Positions 20,869-30,125 of a DNA stretch of 64,000 nt are shown here, one piece after another. The position numbers and the translations under genes were made by a program. This stretch comes from Patescibacteria group bacterium (lineage in GTDB: Bacteria > Patescibacteriota > WWE3 > 2-01-FULL-39-13), in assembly GCA_048499955.1 (NCBI GenBank), contig JASNYX010000005.1, positions 27,401-91,400 on the forward strand. The letters run 5' to 3'. The stretch's first letter is position 1, and each line of letters begins with the position of its first letter. The notes below the pieces were generated by a model. The model worked only from the letters and a program-made list of their open reading frames with translations, did no database searches and had not been told where the DNA came from.

Positions 20869-21855
20869 TTACGGAATCATATCGTTATGATTTACGGTAT
20901 TAATGTGTATCGGCGTAACTAAATCAAGGTTTCTCTGTTCCAACAATTCGTCGAAAAAATCGCACCTGTCTACAGAATATGACCATGCTTCCCTGGTATC
21001 TGCGTTTGATGGAAATTCGAGTATAGACCGCCTGGTACGAATAAGCTCCTTAAGCCAAACTACCTCATCGACACCTTTAGCCGGTGACCCGCCCAGTTTC
21101 TTATTTATGGCTTCGATCATCATTGGTAACCCATCGGGGTCTTTAGGGCTGTTACCATGTTGAATTATTGTGTCATACATAAACGCTTTTGTGATGTTGT
21201 GTTTAATTCCAAGATTTTTGGCTGTACTCATTGCCGGATTATAAAATCGGGTGTCTCTTAAAGTATCTTGAATAGAACGAAATGCTCTGTCATATGAGGC
21301 TTTTTGCCATTCTCCGATAAAATCTTCAAGATCCTGAGTCTGAAGCTCACCTTTCTCCAATTTCCTCAAATTATTCAAATATTTTGTTATGGAACTAGTC
21401 GGGGCTATAGTGCTATAATTCCTAACGACCTCATAAATTTCGCCGTAGGCTGAGGTAAAACCCGCGATGCCGGCGGTAAAGCCCCTTCCATCGCCAATAT
21501 TTTCAATATAATCATATTGAGGCGTTATGGTGTCGTTTTCAAAAAGGCTAATTATTTGTTCAGCTATTTTCTTTTTAACTGGACTTAGCCCAACAACTAT
21601 AGGACTTGCACTTTCTGGCTTTAAACATTGAGAATCGGAAGAACAACTAACACTTTTAACGGTATAAACAGGCGAAAACATTTTTGTAGTAACAATAGAT
21701 ATCGAAACAACAGGATCCAATATTTCTTTGCCCCGATAAGTATCGGCAGATCTTTCGGTTCCAAAGTAGACATAGCAGACAGCGACAAACAGTAACAACA
21801 CTAACATAAAGAGATTGGTCTTAGGATATTTAGTAATATTGTTAATCACATCCAT
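20869..21855 (-). CDS. Chitosanase, GH46, membrane-anchored
   Basis: ISLFEN (catalytic Glu) and YIENIGDGRGFTAGIAGFT (catalytic Asp), YDTIIQHG; probable ATG at 21855. Confidence 0.88.
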   Translation of the reverse strand: MDVINNITKYPKTNLFMLVLLLFVAVCYVYFGTERSADTYRGKEILDPVVSISIVTTKMFSPVYTVKSVSCSSDSQCLKPESASPIVVGLSPVKKKIAEQIISLFENDTITPQYDYIENIGDGRGFTAGIAGFTSAYGEIYEVVRNYSTIAPTSSITKYLNNLRKLEKGELQTQDLEDFIGEWQKASYDRAFRSIQDTLRDTRFYNPAMSTAKNLGIKHNITKAFMYDTIIQHGNSPKDPDGLPMMIEAINKKLGGSPAKGVDEVVWLKELIRTRRSILEFPSNADTREAWSYSVDRCDFFDELLEQRNLDLVTPIHINTVNHNDMIP

Positions 21856-21860
21856 AGGTA

Positions 21861-24800
21861 ATGCCCAAAAATAGGAATAAAAATAAATTCTTAAAAAAGA
21901 ACACAGAAAGACAAAACACCCCCGAATCCGTAAACCAAGCGGAGGTAACCCTCGAAAATGCAACCACACTTCACAAGCCTATTTTTTATGACGAAACAAA
22001 ATTACGTTGGAAGATTTTTCTTACTTTCATAGCAGGGTTTATTTTGACCTTCGTAGGACTGCAGGTTATGACCGTCAGATCCATTCTCAATCAATCTAAC
22101 ACGTTTTCTCCTCCAAAAACTTTTCAACCGTTAGTAGCAGATGTAGCACAGAGTATTGCTTCTCAAATCGACCAGATCGCTACAACTTCGAATAAAGTGG
22201 TACCAATCGAAAATCTAAAACGCATTGGATTTTATGTAACATGGGACGAAACCAGTTTTAAATCACTGGAACAGCATATTCACGAACTTGACGTGGTAAT
22301 GCCTGAATGGCTCGTATTATCTTCCCTAGAAGGCAGCTATAGGCAACTTGACTGGAAAGACGAAGAATCGGTACGTAATTTTATCCGATTCACCAAACCC
22401 GACACTAAGATTATTCCGTTAATAAATAACTTTAATTCAGAGAAACATGATTATGATGCTGAACTATTAGCAGGAATGCTCAAGAATCCGCAGTCTAGAG
22501 CCAATCTGATCGGAGCATTAACTTGGTATGTAAATGAAAACCGGTATGACGGAATAAATATCGACTTTGAGAATGTGCCGCAAACTTCTCAAAAAAACCT
22601 GGAATTATTTATGTCTGAACTCAATACCGAGTTTAAAAAACATGATCTCATCGTTTCACAATCTCTTCCATTAAATAATCCTCAATTTAACTATGCTACT
22701 TACTCAAGATACAACGATTATATTGTGTTAATGGCATACGATTACAACTGGTTAACCGGAAATCCGGGGCCAATCGCACCCCAAAACTGGATAAACGATT
22801 CATTGAATTCAGTATTAAGATATATTCCTAAAGAAAAACTTATATTGTCCATCGGAAACTATGCATATGATTGGAACTTAACTACAAAACAACCTGCATG
22901 GAGTATGAGTTTCGAAAATACAATGTTTACAGCTGCAAGGCATCAAGCCAAGATTGAAATGGATAAAAGCAGTCTAAATCCCTTTTATAACTATAAAGAT
23001 AGTTCCGGTAACGAACATATTGTTTGGTACCTTGATTCAATCACTGCATTTAATCAAATTGTCGCGGGTGCCAATAAGCAGATCGCAGGTGTAGCACTAT
23101 GGAGATTAGGCTCCGAGGATACCGGATTCTGGAAGATTTTTGAATCAAAAAACAATGCATACTACTCTTTGGAAAATTTGCAAAATATCGTAAACGGATA
23201 TTCAGTCAGCTCTTCAGGTGAAGGAGAAGTATTAAGAGTAATCTCGAGTCCAAGAGCGGGTTTAAGAAGAATACAGATAGACCCAGTCTCAGGTTACATT
23301 AACTCACAAAGCATTAGCTCCTACCCTTCCTCTTATACTGTGGAAAGATCAGGAAGAGCAGCCGGTCAGAAGAAAATTGCACTAACTTTTGATGACGGAC
23401 CAAGCCCCGAACACACAATGCAAATACTTGATATTCTCGATCAATACGGAGCTAAAGGAACATTCTTTATCATTGGAAGCCAAGCAAACATATATCCCGA
23501 CATCATAAAATCGATTGTAGAAAGAGGACACGAAATCGGCAACCATACTTATCTGCATCCGAACATAAGCTTAATCTCAAAAGAGCAAATTAATCTTGAG
23601 TTAAAAACTACTCAGAAAGTCATCGAAAGCTTCACAGGCAGACAAACTTTATTATTCAGACCACCATATGGCGGAGGCTTTGTGAATTTTGATCATCCCG
23701 AGATGATGCAACCTATGGCCGATATTGGCGAAAAAGGATTCTATTTTGTCGGCATAGACATCGATCCCAAAGACTGGAGACGTGTCAGTTCAAATGAAAT
23801 CTCCGGTAAAATTATTAGTGATGTGTATTCAGGAAAAGGTCCGGTTGTATTGCTCCATGATGGAGGCGGAAACAGAACTAACACCGTAGAAGCACTTCCG
23901 AGAATACTTGAAGAACTTACCGGTGCCGGATATACATTTACCGGAATGTCAGACGTAATGGGACTTTCGAGGGATATAGTAATGCCGGAAACAAAAAAAG
24001 GAAGCTTCTCATTCGACAGCTGGGGCTTTAGATCCTTGAGTATAACTGCAGGTTTTATTAGATGGGCATTTTGGATCGGTATTTTTATAGGTTTCCTTCG
24101 ACTTGTTCTCATAATCATTTTGGCGTTGACTCAAAAATTTTCTAGGGCGAAGAAGTTACCCAAAGAAACATCTAGACGCAAACTTAATGCATTTCTTCCG
24201 AAAGTGAGCGTTATTGTTCCTGCATGGAACGAAGAAAAAGTTATTATAAAAACTATTAAAGAGCTATTACGATCCAAGTATAAAAACTTTGAGGTCTTAT
24301 TTGTTGATGACGGCTCAAAAGACAACACATATCAAATCGTGCTAGATAAATATAAAGATAACCCTCAAGTGAAAATTTTCACGAAAAAAAATGGAGGTAA
24401 ATCGAGTGCTATTAACTTCGGAATTGATCAAAGCGATGCGGAAATCGTTATTGTTCAGGACGCTGATACACTTTTAGATCCCAAAGCAATCTTTAATCTG
24501 ACTAGACATTTCATAGACGAAAAAGTCGGAGCCGTGGCAGGAAATGTAAAGGTCGGAAATCGAATTAGTATGCTCACAAAATTCCAAGCTTTAGAATATA
24601 TAATCAGCCAAAACCTCGACAAGCGTGCCTTCAATTTAGTGAATGGCATATCGGTAGTACCGGGAGCAATTGGTGCATGGAAAAGAGATTTAGTGCTTAA
24701 GGCAGGCGGGTTCAAATCTGATACTTTAGCTGAGGATGCGGAACTAACCTTAAAGATTCTTGAGATGGGATATAAAGTCGAGTATGAGGAGCAAGCCATT

Positions 24801-25322
24801 GCTTTCACGGAAGCTCCGGATAATATGAAAGATTTCATCAAACAACGATTTCGATGGATGTTTGGGACCTTACAGTCTACATGGAAATATTTTAAACACA
24901 TTTTTAGCCATAAGCATAAGTCGTTAGGCTTTTTCGTGATTCCCAATGTGCTGGTTTTTCAGATTATATTCCCTTTGATCGCACCTTTTATGGATATTTT
25001 TACGGTTGTATTTTTATCGATCGCACTTTGGCAAAAAGCAATACACCAAGATGTATCATTTGATTCAGCTAACCAAGTAATCACTTTTTATTTATTATTT
25101 GCATTAGTCGATATTTTAGTAGCTTTTATTGCGTTTATGCTCGAGCGTAAAGAGGATAAAAAGTTAATCATATTCTTACCTTGGCAGCGAATTGTCTACA
25201 AATACTTGATGTACGTATTATCGCTAAAAGTCTTTTTTACAGCATTAAAAGGTCCTCGTGTAGAATGGGAAACGAAAGACCGTAAAGCCACGGTTAACTT
25301 TCTCGCAGTAATCGGACGTTAG
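21861..25322 (+). CDS. Trifunctional GH18 - CE4 polysaccharide deacetylase - processive GT2 synthase
   Basis: GH18 DGINIDFE, MAYD; CE4 TFDDGP, HEIGNHT, RPPYG, LLHD; GT2 DDGS, DAD, AED, QRFRW. Confidence 0.93.
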   Translation: MPKNRNKNKFLKKNTERQNTPESVNQAEVTLENATTLHKPIFYDETKLRWKIFLTFIAGFILTFVGLQVMTVRSILNQSNTFSPPKTFQPLVADVAQSIASQIDQIATTSNKVVPIENLKRIGFYVTWDETSFKSLEQHIHELDVVMPEWLVLSSLEGSYRQLDWKDEESVRNFIRFTKPDTKIIPLINNFNSEKHDYDAELLAGMLKNPQSRANLIGALTWYVNENRYDGINIDFENVPQTSQKNLELFMSELNTEFKKHDLIVSQSLPLNNPQFNYATYSRYNDYIVLMAYDYNWLTGNPGPIAPQNWINDSLNSVLRYIPKEKLILSIGNYAYDWNLTTKQPAWSMSFENTMFTAARHQAKIEMDKSSLNPFYNYKDSSGNEHIVWYLDSITAFNQIVAGANKQIAGVALWRLGSEDTGFWKIFESKNNAYYSLENLQNIVNGYSVSSSGEGEVLRVISSPRAGLRRIQIDPVSGYINSQSISSYPSSYTVERSGRAAGQKKIALTFDDGPSPEHTMQILDILDQYGAKGTFFIIGSQANIYPDIIKSIVERGHEIGNHTYLHPNISLISKEQINLELKTTQKVIESFTGRQTLLFRPPYGGGFVNFDHPEMMQPMADIGEKGFYFVGIDIDPKDWRRVSSNEISGKIISDVYSGKGPVVLLHDGGGNRTNTVEALPRILEELTGAGYTFTGMSDVMGLSRDIVMPETKKGSFSFDSWGFRSLSITAGFIRWAFWIGIFIGFLRLVLIIILALTQKFSRAKKLPKETSRRKLNAFLPKVSVIVPAWNEEKVIIKTIKELLRSKYKNFEVLFVDDGSKDNTYQIVLDKYKDNPQVKIFTKKNGGKSSAINFGIDQSDAEIVIVQDADTLLDPKAIFNLTRHFIDEKVGAVAGNVKVGNRISMLTKFQALEYIISQNLDKRAFNLVNGISVVPGAIGAWKRDLVLKAGGFKSDTLAEDAELTLKILEMGYKVEYEEQAIAFTEAPDNMKDFIKQRFRWMFGTLQSTWKYFKHIFSHKHKSLGFFVIPNVLVFQIIFPLIAPFMDIFTVVFLSIALWQKAIHQDVSFDSANQVITFYLLFALVDILVAFIAFMLERKEDKKLIIFLPWQRIVYKYLMYVLSLKVFFTALKGPRVEWETKDRKATVNFLAVIGR

Positions 25323-25408
25323 AATCGATCTGAAAACCTCGAGAACCTTCATAATTACAACGGATCTAAAGCTTTCCTAAGTGAGCTTGGGGCACGGAAA
25401 GGTATCTA

Positions 25409-26620
25409 ATGCTCATAATTAATGTTTTATTGCTTTTCTCAATTATCAAGACATTTATTAGAGATAAATATTTTTCAATTCTGGGAACATTAATTTATAC
25501 ATTATCACCACTAACTATTTACTATGGGACAAGAATTCTTCTAGATAATATAATGGTACTTTTTACCCTATTCAGTTCTTTTATATATATAAAGATAAAG
25601 AATAAAAAATTAGGATTACTATTAAGCGGAATACTGATGGGTATTGCCATACTCATCAAAGAAAATACCGTCTTCTACGTTTTACCTATGCTTGGGATCA
25701 TTTTCTGGAACGATAAAGATGAAATTTATAAGGCAATAAAATCTTCTCTAATTTGGACATTATCACTGGGTTTGGCGGTGATAAACTACCCATTATTAGC
25801 CTACTATCGTGGGGAATTATTCCCGACTGATTATTTTGAAGGAGAAGAGTACCCGAGTTTAATCTCAACCATTATTTTCCAATCACAAAGAGGCAAATCC
25901 GAAGTATTTAGCTTTGATGAAAACCCATTTTGGGAAACGATTAGTTTCTGGACAAAAGAAGACCCCGTTTTAGTAATTGGTGGAATAATATTTACTTTAT
26001 GCAACTTATTTATTGGTGTGACCAGCAAAAGCTTTACCTTATTAATGCTGTTTCTTTTCGTAATGATACAATTCTTGTTTTTTATGAGAGGTGGAATTGT
26101 TTTCCCATTTTATATCCTACCTGTACTTCCGTTTCTGGCCATAAATCTGGCATATTCATTAAGCATAATTAATTTTCTACAGAATAAGTATATGAAGATT
26201 TCGGTAATGCTGATTCTTTTAGCATTCAGTATGTATTCAATATTGTCTGTACAAGGTGGAAATCCATTTACTTCAAAGCAAACCGAAGCTCAAATACAAT
26301 CGATAAACTGGATAAACGAAAACAATCATAGTGAAATCGTTATTGTGGGTGATAGTTATCTTAAAGGTGAATTCTATAACAAACCGGGATATACAGTATA
26401 TTCGCACTTTGATGCTGAATTCGATCAAACCTTGGTTGACTGTTACAAAACAGTGGAACAAAAAATAGATTTATTCGTAAGCACTACACAAGTTGAACTT
26501 GATGCAGAAAAGCTCCCATTTATTAAGTCGCTACCGAGTAGTTTTATTGTAATTAAAAACTTTGAATCCGAAAATTGGGACGTACAAATCTCTGCTCCAT
26601 TACAAAATCTCGTAAAATAA
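25409..26620 (+). CDS. ArnT/PMT-like (GT-C) membrane glycosyltransferase, probably lacking its N-terminus
   Basis: SPLTIYYG..ILLDN, GIAILIKE, YILPVLPF; many TMs; in-frame stop 9 codons upstream. Confidence 0.7.
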   Translation: MLIINVLLLFSIIKTFIRDKYFSILGTLIYTLSPLTIYYGTRILLDNIMVLFTLFSSFIYIKIKNKKLGLLLSGILMGIAILIKENTVFYVLPMLGIIFWNDKDEIYKAIKSSLIWTLSLGLAVINYPLLAYYRGELFPTDYFEGEEYPSLISTIIFQSQRGKSEVFSFDENPFWETISFWTKEDPVLVIGGIIFTLCNLFIGVTSKSFTLLMLFLFVMIQFLFFMRGGIVFPFYILPVLPFLAINLAYSLSIINFLQNKYMKISVMLILLAFSMYSILSVQGGNPFTSKQTEAQIQSINWINENNHSEIVIVGDSYLKGEFYNKPGYTVYSHFDAEFDQTLVDCYKTVEQKIDLFVSTTQVELDAEKLPFIKSLPSSFIVIKNFESENWDVQISAPLQNLVK

Positions 26621-26671
26621 CTACCAAAAACCATTGACGAACCGCGACTATAGTGTTTATATACCTGCATT

Positions 26672-28408
26672 ATGGATAACTTCCCAACCGAAGACTTTCA
26701 AGAACCAGAAGATCTGATAGAACCAGTATTAAATGATGCAGATCAAACACCAGAAATCCTTCAACAACAAATGTCACGTCGGCAATTTTTACGACTTTCA
26801 ACATCCTGTGCGGCAACAGGTATGCTACTTGCTCAAGCTTCAACTGCAGCAGCGGCTCCGGAAACCCCTACAAGTCCGGAACTAAATAATAAACTACTTC
26901 TTCCTGTCGTATCATCGCCTCAGCCCTTAGAGGCTGTAAACCCCCTTGAACATGAAAGAATCAGACTATTAGGGAGATTGAGAACGAATATGGGTCTAAC
27001 AGCCCTAAGCGATGTTGAGCTGCTACCCGAACTAGATAATTTAGATAACATATTTGGTGAAGGTACAAATCTAGGCATATTGCAACAAATAGGATTACAC
27101 CTCGAAATTATAGAAGACTTCTTTCGTGATGCTTCTGCCGAAATTAATGGAAATCACCCAAGAAACCCAACATTAAGAGAATTACGTTTAATACGAATAT
27201 CTGCGGGAACGGAATTAAACCAAGTTGCAACTGTTGTATTTCCTAGTGGAGAAGTGACAAGAACATTATCATTCAATCTCATATTTCCGGATCTAACAGA
27301 TCGGATAGCAACTCTGGCACATGAAGTTTTCCACTTGGTAGAAAATTCCCGTAGAACAGCAGATAACAATGTTTTCGTTACCTATATGGAAATTAGTGCA
27401 TATGTACATGCAAGATTAGCACTAAATCATATCCTATCGGGTGCAACAAACATCGATAAAGAACGACAAACAAATTTACTTGAACATCCTGTTATGGATG
27501 CTGATAGACCTAATATTGCCAACGATTGGTATGTGTACTATTTAGCTTATGCCCGTAAAAAACCATTTGAATCGCATAACGGAATTGATGTATCAATTAT
27601 TCATAGCGCTGCCAGGTATGCCGCAAGAGGAATTGTTAGAGAAGTAGGTGCCAATACTCATGGTGCTAATTTTTATCGTTACATGGCCGGATATGAAGAC
27701 TCTTCAAATACCGTCGCTAACAAAATGAGGGCACTAGTAGCAAATCAACGTATACCAAGCCTTGAACCGGGTGAATTCCCGGAAAAACAAACCGGAATAA
27801 TACAGGTCACCATGAGGACGACCCCAATTGTAATTACTGATATGTTACACATTGGAACACTAAAAACTTCAGAATCCGGTGAAATAACGGGATCCTCACT
27901 TTGTGAAAATGCTGAAGTTGCCGACAAAATGGACTTTATGATTAAGTGGGTAAGCCCACAGGGTGAAATCAAGTATGTAAAATTTCAACCTTTCGGTGTA
28001 TCTCATGCCGGAGGGGATCCTGAATATGGTGGAGCATACGTGTACTTACCCAGAAGCGTAAGCTTTGAACATAATGGAGAAACGGTAGAAGCTCTGATCA
28101 GAGATTGCGAAATTCAAATATTTTCAAGCTTAGGAGAAGTGGGTGGAACCAGAAGGTATGCCATGTATTCAGTTAGATCGACATCAACAAATGCTACCTC
28201 TAACAATCTGAACGCTGAAACGAAAACACAAATCGCTGGAATGAGTTTAAATTCTATGCTAAGTATGTCGGGGATAAATATTGATGAAGCTGAATTTAAT
28301 AGACTTGAAAACTCATTTTCTTCTGAAAATGCGAATACCTTCAATGCAGTGGCACAAAGCGTTTTAACTCGTAAAGAGTTTGAAGAGAAATACAAAGATT
28401 ATATATAA
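26672..28408 (+). CDS. Secreted HEXXH metallopeptidase-like protein with twin-arginine-like signal
   Basis: SRRQFLR + hydrophobic stretch + AAA; TLAHEVFH followed by a downstream Glu (MEISA). Confidence 0.6.
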   Translation: MDNFPTEDFQEPEDLIEPVLNDADQTPEILQQQMSRRQFLRLSTSCAATGMLLAQASTAAAAPETPTSPELNNKLLLPVVSSPQPLEAVNPLEHERIRLLGRLRTNMGLTALSDVELLPELDNLDNIFGEGTNLGILQQIGLHLEIIEDFFRDASAEINGNHPRNPTLRELRLIRISAGTELNQVATVVFPSGEVTRTLSFNLIFPDLTDRIATLAHEVFHLVENSRRTADNNVFVTYMEISAYVHARLALNHILSGATNIDKERQTNLLEHPVMDADRPNIANDWYVYYLAYARKKPFESHNGIDVSIIHSAARYAARGIVREVGANTHGANFYRYMAGYEDSSNTVANKMRALVANQRIPSLEPGEFPEKQTGIIQVTMRTTPIVITDMLHIGTLKTSESGEITGSSLCENAEVADKMDFMIKWVSPQGEIKYVKFQPFGVSHAGGDPEYGGAYVYLPRSVSFEHNGETVEALIRDCEIQIFSSLGEVGGTRRYAMYSVRSTSTNATSNNLNAETKTQIAGMSLNSMLSMSGINIDEAEFNRLENSFSSENANTFNAVAQSVLTRKEFEEKYKDYI

Positions 28409-28439
28409 CCTCCTGATGTATAAAGCCTTTTAGCGGTTT

Positions 28440-28599
28440 GGTCGTTAACACGAAGTAGTGTAAACGATTTGCGTCTGTAATCAAAAAAAGCTATTCTTAG
28501 TTTGATGTTTATCCAACACAATAGTAAAACTATCAAACTTAAGCAACGTTGTGAGTTGCATAACACAAGTTTCTCTGCGAAGGATAAACTACACCGACC
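28440..28599 (+). ncRNA. Rod-shaped structured RNA (6S-like or cis-regulatory leader)
   Basis: Nested pairings GGTCG/CGACC, GTAGT/ACTAC, TTTGCG/TGCGAA, A-rich bubble, apical stem AGTTTGAT/ATCAAACT; followed by a terminator. Confidence 0.55.
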
Positions 28600-28621
28600 G
28601 GGATCATGACCCGGTTTTTTT
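28597..28621 (+). terminator. Intrinsic terminator
   Basis: ACCGGG-ATCATGA-CCCGGT followed by a T-run. Confidence 0.8.
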
Positions 28622-28692
28622 GTGCCTATTTTCACGAATTCGGGGCATAATTTGTCGTCGAATTCAAAAGCAAATTAAAGGGGGTGAAAATT

Positions 28693-29556
28693 ATGAACAT
28701 ATTATCAAAAATTCCCACAACTTTACTTGGAACTATAGGTGTACTGACACTAACCGTGTCTTTGGTTCATGCGGCTAACTCTACAGTAGTTGTTACTCCA
28801 AATGATCTCGAGGACTCTAAAGTGGAAGCCTATTTTAATGACAGTTGGTTTCTTTATAACGACGAAACCGACACAGTAGATAATACTTTGGGAACATTTG
28901 TAACAGGGCCTGAAACTGCTCCTTTAGGAGTCGGAAGCGTGCAAATGAGTGTTTCCGGATCACAACGTCGGAACATAGCAACTTATCGATTTAAAGGAAC
29001 ACCTCTAGCTGACATCACGACTTTAAGATACAGCACATATAATCCGTCTGTAGGAAATGGTGGAAGTGCAAATAGATCCGGATACCTACACTTTAATGTA
29101 GATTTCGACGGAAGTGATCTTTGGCAAAGGAGGCTCGTTTATGTGCCTAACCTAAATGGCACTGTACAACAGGATACCTGGCAGGAATGGGACACATTAA
29201 ACGGCGGAGATGCCCTATGGCAATTTTCCGGACCTACCTGGCCTGTTACCGGCGAATCGGGATTTACTCCAAAAACATGGAATCAGATTCTGGCTGATTA
29301 CCCCGGAGTACGAATCCGAGTTAGCGATTCTTTCTTAGGCGTACGAGTCGGAGAACCCTATCCGAATGGATACACTGAAAACGTGGATGCATTCAAATTC
29401 GGAACCGCATCAGGCACGACTACATTTGATTTCGAGCCTTTAGTTGGCCCACCAACAAGCAAGGATCAATGTAAAAATGGAGGTTGGATGACATTTAATA
29501 ATCCTACCTTTAAAAATCAAGGTGCTTGCGTAAGTTATGCAGCTACCAAGAAATAG
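28693..29556 (+). CDS. Secreted beta-rich protein with C-terminal CKNGGW...FKNQGAC module
   Basis: GGGGTGA SD; signal peptide ending VHA; tail PTSKDQCKNGGWMTFNNPTFKNQGACVSY. Confidence 0.75.
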   Translation: MNILSKIPTTLLGTIGVLTLTVSLVHAANSTVVVTPNDLEDSKVEAYFNDSWFLYNDETDTVDNTLGTFVTGPETAPLGVGSVQMSVSGSQRRNIATYRFKGTPLADITTLRYSTYNPSVGNGGSANRSGYLHFNVDFDGSDLWQRRLVYVPNLNGTVQQDTWQEWDTLNGGDALWQFSGPTWPVTGESGFTPKTWNQILADYPGVRIRVSDSFLGVRVGEPYPNGYTENVDAFKFGTASGTTTFDFEPLVGPPTSKDQCKNGGWMTFNNPTFKNQGACVSYAATKK

Positions 29557-29582
29557 AGATAAATAAACATTTCGAAATGTAT

Positions 29583-29610
29583 GCCGTCCCTAAATTAGGG
29601 ACGGCTTTTT
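29583..29610 (+). terminator. Intrinsic terminator
   Basis: GCCGTCCCT-AAATT-AGGGACGGC followed by TTTTT. Confidence 0.88.
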
Positions 29611-29645
29611 ATTTCAACTAGACTTAGCAAACCTACATTGCTAGC

Positions 29646-30125
29646 ATGATGTTAATGCAACTGAAAATTTGGCAGTTTTTGCTTTTAATTGCGGGTACGG
29701 TTATGGTACTCTTCTACTTTTCAGGTGGAACCGAAGGGAATCCATTTAGATCGGATGTGCCTGAACAAATATCGGGAACCCTAGTAAAAATACATACCAG
29801 AGGCGGATTATGCCCAAATAACGAAATTTGCTCTTCTACAGTGGAAATCAAGGCCGACGGCACAATAACAGGAAGCAACAAAACCGCAAGAGTTTCTATT
29901 GATCTTGCCGAGGCACTCGAGAATGCAATAAATAAAACAAATTTTCAGCAAATTAAAGGTAATCCTTATATGGGTCTATGTCCTACTGCCTATGATGGCG
30001 TAGAAACCATCTATACATTCTATACATTAAAAGGGTCGGAGGAAATTTCTTCGTGTGAATACTACTTGCAAACAGCAACTGAGCTATCTTCCATATTGGA
30101 AACCATCGCCAAACAAATCTACTAA
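29646..30125 (+). CDS. Membrane-anchored hypothetical protein
   Basis: TM helix; GGLCP...C, CPTAYDG, SCEY. Confidence 0.7.
   Translation: MMLMQLKIWQFLLLIAGTVMVLFYFSGGTEGNPFRSDVPEQISGTLVKIHTRGGLCPNNEICSSTVEIKADGTITGSNKTARVSIDLAEALENAINKTNFQQIKGNPYMGLCPTAYDGVETIYTFYTLKGSEEISSCEYYLQTATELSSILETIAKQIY

Noticed and set aside
21856-21969. Extended N-terminus of the GH46 ORF from 21969
   Set aside because: It would overlap the GT2 fusion antisense; ATG 21855 is preferred.
28399-28778. ORFs 28399-28635 (-) and 28551-28778 (+)
   Set aside because: They overlap the structured RNA, terminator and next gene, and are not protein-like.
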